NCBI GenBank assembly: GCA_951406725.2
Contig: OX597830.1
Span: 58,838,001 to 58,902,000 of the forward strand
Direction: 5' to 3'
Length of the DNA stretch: 64,000 nt
From: Octopus vulgaris
Lineage: Eukaryota
Positions 1 to 10,683 of this stretch are shown piece after piece. Both the position numbers and the translations under genes were made by a program. Numbering within the stretch: the stretch's first letter is position 1; each line of letters begins with the position of its first letter. The notes below the pieces were generated by a model. That model did not search any database. It was not told the origin of the DNA and was given only the letters and a program-made list of their open reading frames with translations.

Positions 1-290
1 AAGGCAAAGTCGACCTCGGCGGAATTTGATCTCAGAACGTAAAGACGGACGAAATACCTATTTCTGTACTACCCACAAGGGGCTAAACACAGAGAGGATA
101 AACAAGGACAGACAAACGGATTAAGTCGATTATATCGACCCCAGTGCGTAACAGGTACTCAATTTATCGACCCCGAAAGGATGAAAGGCAAAGTCGACCT
201 CGGCGGAATTTGAACTCAGAATGTAACGGCAGACGAAATACGACTACGCATTTCGCCCGGCGTGCTAACCACTCTGCCAGCTCGCCGACT
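1..290 (-). mobile_element. tRNA-derived SINE (family S1, multimeric body), cut by the window edge
   Basis: Minus strand has head GGCGAGCTGGCAGAGTGGTTAGCACG (A box) and GAGTTCAAATTCC (B box), then GCCTTTCATCCTTTCGGGGTCGATAAATT, which recalls the Deu/Nin-type SINE domain. The body starts a second time. Many copies in the window. Confidence 0.85.
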
Positions 291-649
291 TCGCATTAAT
301 AATATTAATAGTAACAACAATAATAATAATAATAGCAAAGAAAAGTAAAGCGCTATCGTCATCAAGCGAACGATATTTCGACATCTCATGTGTCTTCCAC
401 AGGTTCAAAAAATAAAGTTGTCAATCTACTTCATTTTGGTTAATATTTATAGGATTGAGGTAACTCCTCCGGAAGATATAGAAGCAAAAAAAAAAGAAAA
501 AAAAGAAAATAAAGAAGAGCGACACGTTTATTTTTTGAACCTGTTGAAGACACTCGAGATGTTGAAATATCGTTCACTTGATAAAAATGGCACTCTTCTT
601 TTTTACTTCTATATCTTCTGGAGGAGTTACCTCAATCCTATAAATATTA

Positions 650-887
650 GATAGTGCTCATAGGAACCGCCCATATCCAACGTAAAATACTGTCTATGTA
701 ATCTCAAATTTTAAAACAAATACAATCTTCTTATGGTTTCTTAAACATTCTCTAGAACAACATGTACAAAACCAAATATATGGCACCTTAAGCATAACAC
801 CAACATGAACTTCTAACTTGTCGCTTGAGGTCTCTGGGTGAGACTTGGAGCCAGCTTGTGCAAATATAAAGCAAAAGTCAAACATAC
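650..887 (+). mobile_element. 3' end of an R4/Dong-clade non-LTR retrotransposon (family B)
   Basis: Encodes IVLIGTAHIQRKILSM*, the typical C-terminus after the restriction-like endonuclease (RLE). The 3' UTR ends in (AAT)n. Homologous to 18363-18677. Confidence 0.75.
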
Positions 888-933
<46 letters not shown>

Positions 934-936
<3 letters not shown>

Positions 937-1092
937 TACTGAAAATTGCACTACTAGGCACTGCACACATCCTACGCAGAACACTTTCCATACAATAACC
1001 ATCAGAGCATCACAACAAATCACAGCACATACCCAAGGCACACAGAGCTGCGCTCGGTAGTGAAGTGAAAGCACGCTATAAAAATAAAACAA

Positions 1093-1096
<4 letters not shown>
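934..1096 (+). mobile_element. 3' end of an R4/Dong-clade element (family D)
   Basis: Encodes KIALLGTAHILRRTLSIQ*. Flanked on both sides by (AAT)n. Confidence 0.75.
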
Positions 1097-1123
<27 letters not shown>

Positions 1124-1126
<3 letters not shown>

Positions 1127-1680
1127 GCTCTGATGCAGTGACAGGCAGTGGCTCTCATGGCTTCTGATCTTAACTGATTGGAAGTGTTATCATGTACATT
1201 GTTTTGTCTTGGTATAAAAGATGGGCTACAGCAAATATTCTGCTCAATACCACAGATTTGCTTGTCAGTTGTTTGGCCTTAACCAGTTGAGCATGTCCCT
1301 TACTGGCTGACGATATGTGCATCTCTGATCACGAGCAGAAGTAGTGGGGGAGCATCATAGCCATGTGTTGAGAGGGATTATTTGGGGTTTAAATAATTCA
1401 CCTCTGGAAACATGGGTGTTTCATTTAACATCCTTAAATAACCCTTATTCAAGGACCTTTTGAGTGGGATGGGTTACTCGACCAGAAGAAAATTCTAACT
1501 GGGCCCCACCTGCAAGGTCATGTGCTGTTTATCTTGATATGAGATCACCATATCGCGCACATATGGTTGTGATGCATGTGCCTGGTGTACCCTTATCAGA
1601 CGGGTAGTCATGATGGGTATACTGGGCTTCGTATATTTTACCCCAGTGTCACTTTGATGGCATGCAATGCTCTCTCACTC
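1124..1680 (+). mobile_element. ~555 bp non-coding element inserted in (AAT)n (family C)
   Basis: Highly similar copies at 16267-16830 and 45529-46037. Every copy lies between (AAT)n tracts in the same orientation relative to the repeat. Confidence 0.8.
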
Positions 1681-1762
<82 letters not shown>

Positions 1763-1837
1763 CCTTTTTAAAACAAATGCAAGCAGTTTCGTCCAATGCT
1801 CTACATCATTTACAGTTAATCAAAGTAATGTCTCTAA

Positions 1838-2525
1838 GGGGAGAGAAAATCGATGAGCATAAAATAATTCAAGAACGGAATCTCGGAATAAGTATCGCAA
1901 TTAGGTCTGAAGCAAAAGTTTCAAAACAAAAGAGTTGAGAGTTGATTCAGTTTGCAACAATGTTCAATAAAATTTAGAACACTTTACGGCCTCTATTGGA
2001 ACTAGAGATTGGAGTTAAGGGTAGGCTGTGGGTTAGAGCTTTTGATTTGAGCGGGCACTAAGATTAGTTTTAGGGTCAAAAGTTAGGGATTAGAGTAAGT
2101 GTTAAGTTACGGTTGGATGTAGTTTTAGATTTTAGGGTTAAAGATAAATGTTAAGCTCTAGGGTTTAAGGTTTAGGGTTGGAGTTAGATTTAGGGTTTAG
2201 GATTAGTATTGAGCTTTAAATTAGGTTCATGGTTAGGAATTAAAGAGCGGGGTGAACGTGATTAGAAAGGAATGTGTTGAAATCATGGACGCATGACTCA
2301 TATTCTAAGTACATGACAAGAATATGGATCGCATTGTCTGCTATTTGTTATGCAAAATATCTTCCGGACCATAAAATCCCCAGTCTTCCAAATGTTGCGA
2401 CTGTGCGAAAAACATTTTCTCTTCAAGGTTTCGTTTTCCTGTTTTTGCTTCTCTCTATTTTGAAGGACGCATCAGGCTTTAATTTTTTTCATGTTTTGAA
2501 TATTTTCCCCAAATTTTCTCTCTCG
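1838..2525. mobile_element. Possible MITE carrying a degenerate TTAGGG-like tract (about 2000-2240)
   Basis: Weak inverted termini (GAGAGAAAAT...ATTCAA near 1840, TTGAAT...ATTTTCTCTC near 2500-2522) surround many TTAGGG/TTTAGGG variants. Confidence 0.3.
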
Positions 2526-4226
2526 AATTACCTGCTTTAAACAAAGAAGATCATAATTCTGAGAAAAAAAATCCTGAAAGCATAATTTTTTAATTGTAAT
2601 CCAACTTGTTAATAAATATGTCGACAGAATATATCCTGCATTTTCTGAGTGTAGAATTTGTGATTTGGGAGATTTTGTGATTATTTGCAGTTAGAACAAC
2701 TGTCGATAGCTGTAATGTAAGGTTTCCTTAATTGTTGTTTTGTAGCCTCAGATTAGGTCAGATCAAACAGATCAGTATTAAAAAGCCCTCCAGTCGTGAT
2801 CACCAATTCTTTCTTATATATCTTCTAGTATTATATTGCTCAAAGTATCCCGGTTTAACATTCGGACTGTGTCTTCATGTCCGTCAGTACAATGTACAAT
2901 GTTTCCTTTCATTTTAAAGACTCTGAGTGTGCGATGTTAGACTGACTTGCCTGCTCTTTCATGAAACTCTAATAACTTTTAGATGTGTGCTTTTGGAAGA
3001 CTTGGTTGCTTTATCTAGGAGATTTAAGACTGTAAGATGTGCCAGTTATGGGAGATTTGGCTGCTATATTTTGCAGTGTGAACTGAACAAATGGAATAAA
3101 TGAACTTGCGCTCAATTTTGTATGGTAAATGTCAAACATTTAAATCAGGGCATCGGCGTTTAATAAAATCGCAGAAACCTTAAAAAAATACTATTGGTTG
3201 TGTACTTTTAAAACAATTTATTTAACATTGAATTGAAAAATGTCTCAGTGGTGTTTTGTTAATTGTTTGATAACGGTTTATAGCGGGAAACGGAATATGA
3301 TGAGGAAGTTATTTCTAAAAAAAAAAGAATGAAGAGAATTAATATTTTTATGAATATTGTTTATTGACGTTATTCCGCCATCTTTTTTTAGCAAAGACCC
3401 TAAATAATGACATTAATGTTTTTCCTTGGCATGAAAACACGAACTGAAGTGAAACAGCAACATACAGCAATTATATTTTAGTATTGATAATTTTGTCCTG
3501 CATTTGAAAATGAAAATATTTTTCAGGGTTAGTTAAACTGAAAATATCTTTAAAAATCGAACTACTGAAAGGGCAGAATAAATAAATAAGAAAAAAATTT
3601 TGTTAAAAGAAATATGTTGTTTATTTAATATGATTCCTTACAGAAGTACACTGTCTCAAATGACATCAGTTCCAATGTAGTATCTTATTTTATCGACCAC
3701 AGAAGGATAAAAAGTAAAATGATTTCTTGCTGTGTTATAGTTTCATTATCGGTTATTATTTTTATCTTGTGTCACACATTCGACAAAAGTGTTGTTTCAG
3801 TAAATTCATTTGTACATCTTTTACTGTTAAGGAATTTTACGTAAGGATCATAATGCTAAATTCTTGCCTCGCTTTGTGGTGGAAGATATTTAACAAGTGA
3901 AATCGATGACATGTTGGCATGCGCTGAAGAATGTTCATTTCGTAACACATCTAATGGTACGCTGGCAACGAAGAGTTTAATTTGAGGAAAAAAAAAGAAA
4001 AAAGAAGAAAATTCTAACTTTCAAATGTTTGCTAACATTATTTATATTTGACGGATATTTGTCCTCATTTTGTTGTTAACACAACGTTTCGGCTGATATA
4101 CCCTCCAGCCTTCGACAGGTGTCTTGGGGAAATTTCGAACCTGGGTTCTCATTCCTAAGGTATGGCGTAGTGATTAAGAGCACTGACCACTAACCCTAAG
4201 ATTCCGAGTTCGATTTCAGGCAGTGA

Positions 4227-4230
<4 letters not shown>

Positions 4231-4304
<74 letters not shown>

Positions 4305-4448
4305 TAGTAATAATAATAATAATAATGAGAAGAAGAAGAAGAAGAAGAAGAAGAAGAAGAAGAAGAAAAAGAAGAAGAAGAAGAAGAAGAAGAAGAAGAA
4401 GAAGAAGAAGAAGAAGAAGAAGAAGAAGAAGAAGAAGAAGAAGAAGAA
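4231..4448. repeat. Compound microsatellite (AAT)n then (AAG)n inside the H1 element
   Basis: Read directly. Explains the poly-F/L/I/R ORFs here. Confidence 0.98.
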
Positions 4449-4497
4449 TATCGAAAAATACCTTAGGACTGAGAACCCAGGTTCGAAATTTCCCCAA

Positions 4498-4544
4498 GAC
4501 ACCTGATGAAGGGCGGGAGAGTATATCAGCCGAAACGTTGTGTT
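4498..4544 (+). ncRNA. Minimal type-I hammerhead motif with a slightly mutated stem II
   Basis: GACAC-CTGATGA-A-GGGCGG[GAGAGTATAT]CAGCC-GAAA-CGTT-GTGTT. Stem I is GACAC/GTGTT and stem III is the palindrome ACGT. Confidence 0.7.
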
Positions 4545-4678
4545 AACAACAAACAAGATGAGGACAAATATCCGTCAAATGCAAATAATGTACATAATTC
4601 CTCATCTCTTAAATATAGAACTGTTTGCTGACATTGTATATAAGAATATATATCAATATATGATTTGTTTCCTTTCAG

Positions 4679-4702
4679 GAAAGCAGCCATAAAAATATGA
4701 AA
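4679..4702 (+). other. Possible 24-nt microexon (ESSHKNMK, or a UTR exon ending in ATG AAA)
   Basis: Acceptor TTGTTTCCTTTCAG and donor GTAAGT are both close to consensus. No partner exons identified. Confidence 0.25.
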
Positions 4703-4975
4703 GTAAGTTCTTCAACAAGATTTTTATGCAGTTTGTGTTTTAAAAGAAGAATTAGTGCTCATTATGAATCTTATCATTTAATGTCATGTTGCTCTGCTTG
4801 TTTCCAGTTCAATTATTTTTAGACATATTCGAACCCGTAAGGAAGTTATTCACTGTATTATGTTATGAAGAAATATTGTTCTTATAATCTAAAACGTAAT
4901 TTCATATCGGATTTATTTGCTGAGATAACATTGTTTAAAAGAATATGCCGTTTTAGCTATGAACTATTCTAAATA

Positions 4976-5397
4976 TGACAGTCTTGGTATAGGACAAATG
5001 TTACTGCAATTTAGTTCCAGTAGACATTGTCTCCAGCTGGCTATATGACACGATCTGTGTCCTTATATTTTCGAACACTATTTCGAACGGGAATTTGGCA
5101 GCGCCACCTATAGCCGAACAATTATTCTGTGCTGATGAAGGGAAATAACCCGGAAGTCGCGATACACAGATATTGTTTTGAGCTGAGTGAGGGGGTGGGG
5201 GTGCTAGATTCCCTTGTTCGAAAATATAAGGACACAGATCGTGTCATATAGTCAGCTGGAGACGATGTCTCCTGGGGCTAAATTACAGCAACATTCGTCC
5301 TAAACCAGGACTGCCATGTTATGCTGGCAAATAATCTTTACTCTAAAGTACTGTTGTTGAATATCTCTCGTTGTGAGATTTACAAATAGTAATTTTA
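4976..5397 (+). mobile_element. Foldback element with a hammerhead at the hairpin apex (family H2)
   Basis: Arms about 4973-5131 and 5165-5320 are imperfect inverted repeats. Perfect 11-bp TSD TATTCTAAATA at 4965-4975 and 5398-5408. Confidence 0.85.
5126..5170 (+). ncRNA. Type-I hammerhead motif (A15.1 to G variant)
   Basis: TCTGTG-CTGATGA-A-GGG[AAATAA]CCC-G-GAAG-TCGCGA-TA-CACAGA. The sibling near 22701 has canonical GAAA-TCGCGA-TA. Confidence 0.75.
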
Positions 5398-6897
5398 TAT
5401 TCTAAATACATTTGCTCCAGAAAAATAGGGATAATCATCGAACAACATAATCATAGAAAATTTCTCATTGAGACTGGCACAGGATAATGATTCTATTCTT
5501 GGTGCTTTTTATTTCTACAGATTATAAAGAATTATTACATCCTAGTATTTAGAATTTTGGGGGTGAAAGTGAAATGTTCTTACTGATGAACGAATACATA
5601 AGAAGTAGATTTTATAATTTTACTAGCTTAAAGAATTTGAAAATTTGTAACAGATATAGAAATTAGCCTTTTTTCTGTCATATGAGAGGAAAATAACTGC
5701 ATCAATGAAGCAATTTTGTACAGAATAAACACTTGGGTTCAGCTTTGTCTTCATATTCGGCATAGAAAAGAAATATATATAACATAAGTAATATACAAAA
5801 ATGCTAGAATATTTTTAATCAAGTTTTTGTAGCAGACAAAAGCATTTTAGAAATCAAACCATAAACTGCTTCTGTAGACACAACGTCAAATATTTTGGAT
5901 AAACTCGGTGTCATTGGCCCTCAATAGAAAGAAAGAAAAAAATGTTAACGCAGTTACTTTTGAACTCAGAACACAGAATCACGTAATTAATTCTTTAAAA
6001 GTATTTTCACTAGTCGACTTGTATTTTAATCACGTGATTGCTTTGTGCATATTTTAACAAACAAAAAATTAGCAACTTTAGGATATCCACTAAGCAGAAA
6101 TAAATTTCCATCAGTTTTCAGCATTTGACTTTAGGAGACAAACGGTAAAAATAATAGTAGTTTTGCTTCACTTTTCTGTGCATTTTGCTGCAGTATATTG
6201 ACATTAATTCATTGGCTTAAATAAATTAAGCCATTGTTGGTTCCGTTTTAGAATTGCAGGTGATCCGAGTTTGTTACATGCTTCGCTTGTGCAATCAATT
6301 TCGTTGCAGAAAAGTGATAAATGGAGTGAAAATATTTAAAGGAAGATATTTGATGTAGAAAATGCGATCCAGCTGGGAGCAGACATAGTCAATGAAAGCA
6401 TAAAGGAAGTTCATTTGCAACGACAGTTTATGTATTTCTACCCCGAAGTCTAAATTCTTATCTCAATGATCTTCGTTTATGCTTTTGACCATACCTGCTC
6501 TCTGCTGGATTTTCACTGTGTATCAAGATCATAAACTAATTAAGATAGTAGCTTGACAAATAAGATTGCTTTTACCTCTTGTTCTTAGAATATCAATTTC
6601 CTTATCCATTTTCTCTATAAATTCGTTTGTTCCTTATTAAAAATCACTTGTTCCTCATGTTAGTGGATAATCCGGTCATCTTCTAGTTTTACTTTACCTT
6701 TATTCTTGTCTGAATTTTTACTGAGGATGATTCACTTTTGCTATGATGTAATCAATGAATGCGTCAATAAAATGCTAGCGAAACTGGTGAAGTAAATTTT
6801 AACCCTCCACTTGTGTTCTTCCTTTTCTTATATATTTATTTATGTATATATATATGTATGTATGTGTATATGTAATTATGTATATATGTATATATGC

Positions 6898-6950
<53 letters not shown>

Positions 6951-7146
6951 TATCATATCATATCATATAATGCACAATTTAAAAAAGAGCTACGAATAGT
7001 TTCGTGTTGTAGAGTTACAAGAGTTTGGCAGATTTATACAACCTGTCCTGTCATGTATCTGTAAGCAATCTTTCAGGGCCAGTGTATACCGTTAGACCGA
7101 TTTGAAAACCAGTATGTTGGTCGATGAAAACACATGTAAAAAAAAA

Positions 7147-7338
7147 CGGGAAGAAAGCGTGAAGAAGGTTGATGGAAGAAGTGAAACGAGAAGAAAGAAA
7201 AGCCTCCTCTCTTTTATATTATTCTCTACTAGCCAGATTGATTATGGTTTCTTCAAAAGGTACGAAGGTCTTGCTTTTCTTACTTTTCTTTCTTCTCGTT
7301 CCTCTTTTAGCATCAAGCTTCTTCGCGATTTTCGTCCC
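7147..7338. repeat. Imperfect inverted repeat (~55 bp arms)
   Basis: 7147-7202 (CGGGAAGAAAGCGTGAAGAAGGTTGATG...GAAAGAAAAG) pairs with 7283-7338. Confidence 0.6.
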
Positions 7339-7860
7339 TGGTTTTGAAATAGGTATAACGGTATGCATTGAGCCAGAAAGATTGCTTGGAGACACATGGC
7401 CTGTTATATAAATCAGCCAAATTATTGTATCCCTACAGCATTAAACAATTAGTAGCTCTAGTTTAAAGTGTGTTTATTAAATGTTTATCTGTCACAGGAT
7501 GGAGTACATTTTTGTTGGTCTTAGCTAAAACAGAACAGTAAACTATATATACATACGTGCATAATACATACATATATAAATACATACATACACACATAAT
7601 ACATACATACATACACACACACATGTTTGTGTGTGTGTGTAGCACTTGTGTTTGAAAAGGTTAAACGACAGCGCTCACACACTACAAAAATTTCTTCCCC
7701 AAAAAAGGTTAGTAACATCTTGATGAAAGATTTCATAACATTTTTGGAAAAATAATTTTAAAAAATCAACTTTGCACATCAAAGCTGTTTTAAATAATCC
7801 TCATAGACTTCCATATATATATATATACGCATGCACACACACATATATACATATACATAC

Positions 7861-7907
<47 letters not shown>

Positions 7908-7922
7908 TATATGTATATGTTT

Positions 7923-7954
<32 letters not shown>

Positions 7955-7965
7955 TACAATATATA

Positions 7966-9226
7966 TTGGGTTGACAACTAAGTTCCAGCCGTTTTTTTTT
8001 AATTTTAGAATCTATTTTTTTCGAGAATTCTAGTTTTGAATAATTTTGGAATCAATTTTTTTTTTCTAGTTAATTTTAGTTAATTTTTATTTATTTTCAG
8101 ATCATTAAAATGGAATGTCAAGTTAAGAAAAATGAGCATTTTCGACACCTCCTTCTTTTTGCTTTTAATCAAGGTTCTAAAGCCGCAAAAGCTGCTCGCG
8201 ACATTTGTGCTGTGTATGGAGAGTGTGCCATAGCTTAAAGAACCGCTCGTGATTGGTATACCAAGTTCAAAAATGGAGATTTTGACCTCAAAGATGCAAC
8301 TCGTTCTGGCCGTCCAGTTGAGTTCGATGAAGAGCGATTGAACCAACTTTTGCACGAAAATTCTCGTCAAACGATAAGGGAACTGGCAGAGAAAACGGAA
8401 TGCTCCTACACTGTTATAGAGAAGCATCTTCACTCGATGGGAAAGGTTCAGAAATATGGAGCATGGATTCTGCATGCTTTAAGTGACAACAACAAAAATG
8501 AACGAGTCTCAACCTCCGCTGGTTTGCTTGCTCGTCACCACTCAACTCATGGACACAAGCAACGATTTCTTTACCGAATCGTTACTGGCGACGAAGAATG
8601 GTGCCTGTACATCAATTTGAAGCAGCGTAAGGAATGGCTTAGCCCCGGTAAACAAGCGATGCCGCGCGTGAAACAAGATCTTCATCCGCGTAAAACGATG
8701 TTGTGCGTATGGTGGGACTAGGAAGGGATTATCCATTACGAATTGCTTGAACGGAACGAAACGGTCGACGCGGAACTCTATGTTCGATAGATGGAACGAC
8801 TCAGCTCGGCTATTCATGAGAAAAGACCTAATCGGCAGCATGGACTTCTACTGCACGACAACGCTCGCCTTCATATCGCCAATATGACCAAGGAAGCCAT
8901 TTAAACGCATGGCTGGGAAGTGCTGCCATACTCGCCGTACTCTCCTGATTTGGCACCAACGGATTTCCACCTCTTTCGATCTCTTTTAAATGCTATGTGC
9001 AGAGTTTCGTTCAATACTGATGCAGAATTGAGAGTTTGGTTGGATCAATTTTTCGAGTCGAAATCGGGTGATTTCTACCAACGAGGTATTGAAAATCTTG
9101 TTGAATGTTGGGAAGAAGTTGTAAACAACAAGGGTGAATACATTATTGATTAATTAGTTGTTATTTTTTATTAAATATTTTACAAAATTTTAATCTAAAA
9201 AACGGCGGGAACTTAGTTGCCAACCC

Positions 9227-9228
<2 letters not shown>
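7966..9228 (+). mobile_element. Full-length mariner (DD34D) transposon, inactive
   Basis: About 30 bp TIRs TTGGGTTGACAACTAAGTTCC and GGAACTTAGTTGCCAACCCAA. TA on the left; the right side runs into (CA)n. Confidence 0.95.
8110..9153 (+). pseudogene. Mariner transposase pseudogene with in-frame stops
   Basis: MECQVKKNEHFRH...RSGRP...TGDEEW...LHDNA...YSPDLAPTDFHLFRSL in one frame, with premature stops near 8236, 8719, 8788 and 8902. Confidence 0.93.
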
Positions 9229-9289
<61 letters not shown>

Positions 9290-9291
<2 letters not shown>

Positions 9292-9452
9292 CTGTCTTCC
9301 CTTCTCTGGATCTTTCCTTCTCCTATGTTTCCGACGAAGAGCTCCGTTCGAAACGCTAAACCCTCCTTCTTCCCTGAGCGTCCAATAATACTATATTTGT
9401 TCCACGTCCTCGCGTTGTTGTGTTTTTTTGTGTTTTCTTGTTTGGTTTAACT
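9290..9452 (+). mobile_element. PLE-like terminal fragment with a degenerate hammerhead (9327-9361)
   Basis: GTTT-CCGACGA-A-GAGC[TCC]GTTC-GAAA-CGCT-AAAC. Downstream tail resembles 49060-49150 and 55840-55935. Confidence 0.55.
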
Positions 9453-9493
9453 ATATATATATATATTATACATGCATATATATATATATATAT

Positions 9494-9556
<63 letters not shown>

Positions 9557-10128
9557 CATACATACATATATGTGTGTCCGCGCGCGCGTGTGCTGGGTAT
9601 GACATTAATCTGCATCCGATGAAGCTCCCGTTCCGGAGTTGTGGAGAGCGTGGGGTCGCCACCTACTCTCAAGTCCGTCCTGACACGGAACAGTAGTATC
9701 CGCCAGGGTCCAGTGTATTGCTTAAATAGTTTTCCAAGAGGTAGAGGAGATACCCGTTATTTTTGACAAAGCCGTGGCTAAGGCAACATTTCTTGGAGAA
9801 CGAATCCTGGCATAAAACTTGCAACCAAAATAATAGCAGACATATTGTCAGAGGAACCTATTGCGGTGACCGAGACAATGGCAAAATGGCTGCGCAAGCT
9901 TTTGTCGCTTAAATTCAATGGTGTACAGATAGTTCCCTCTTCGTTTCATTTCTTGGTATGTTTTCCATTTTATAAAGTCGTATGGGGATGAATGTGTGGC
10001 GTGAAAAGTCATATCTGTGCACAAATAAGGATGAAAGTAAATAAGAACAATCAGGCTGAACATGAGATGGCTATCATCTGACAAAATGAGGCAACCATCA
10101 TCGTCATACATTCAGATATATGTATATA

Positions 10129-10683
10129 GAGGCGATCCAACGTAGCTACACGAAGAAAATAGCCTCTGTGCAGCATATAAGCTACTGGGAAAGACTCAAG
10201 AGATTAAAACTCTATTCCTTGGAGCGTAGGCGAGAAAGATATACCATAATATACATCTGGAAGATCCTAGAAGGACTTGTCCCAAACTTTGGCATCGAGA
10301 GTTACACAAATGCCAGAACTGGGCGCCACTGCGTGGTACCAAGGACTCCAAATTTGCCATCAAGATGTAGGACATGATACTGTGATAGCCTGGGCTTCAG
10401 AGGCCCACAGCTCTTCAATATCCTCCCGAAGAACCTGAGGGACCTGCATGGAGTGGATGCGGATGTCTTTAAAGTAGGACTGGATCTCTTCCTGTCAGGT
10501 GTCCCGGATGAACCAACTTCACGGCAGGAGGTGCAGATGAGGGCAGCTTCATCGAACTCTCTCATGCACCAAATGGCAATTGCTAAAAAGCATTCGTGAA
10601 GTAAAACCATGTAGCAACACCAAATGGCGGTGCCCCAGCATGGCCACAGCTCGTGAGCTGAAACTAGAATCAATCAATCAATC
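10129..10683 (+). mobile_element. 5'-truncated CR1-clade LINE (same family as 36891-39398)
   Basis: EAIQRSYTKKIASVQHISYWERLKRLKLYSLERRRERY. Near-identical to 38860-39398. (AATC)n tail. Confidence 0.92.

Larger units (their letters stand above)
4040..4621 (+). mobile_element. Foldback element: inverted HHR tail + tRNA-like head + (AAT)n(AAG)n + HHR tail (family H1)
   Basis: 4040-4160 is the reverse complement of about 4459-4590. Head at 4159-4230 has TGGCGTAGTG and GAGTTCGATTTC. TSD TGTTTGCT(A/G)ACATT at 4026-4039 and 4622-4635. Confidence 0.85.

Noticed and set aside
3100-3980. Possible piggyBac transposase C-terminus and right end (GCAACGAAGAGTTTAA)
   Set aside because: Too decayed. No conserved cysteines or matching left end.
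4159-4230. tRNA genes at SINE heads (also 19989, 39444, 44211, 47474)
   Set aside because: A and B boxes are present, but there is no complete cloverleaf with an acceptor stem and each continues into a repeat body.
6715-6775. CTGAGGA...GAATGCGTC as a hammerhead
   Set aside because: GAAA is absent and stem I is weak, so it is compatible with chance.
8080-8841. Antisense ORFs over mariner, CR1 and Penelope elements (also 14081, 30231, 36985, 39032)
   Set aside because: They are shadow frames of transposon coding sequence.
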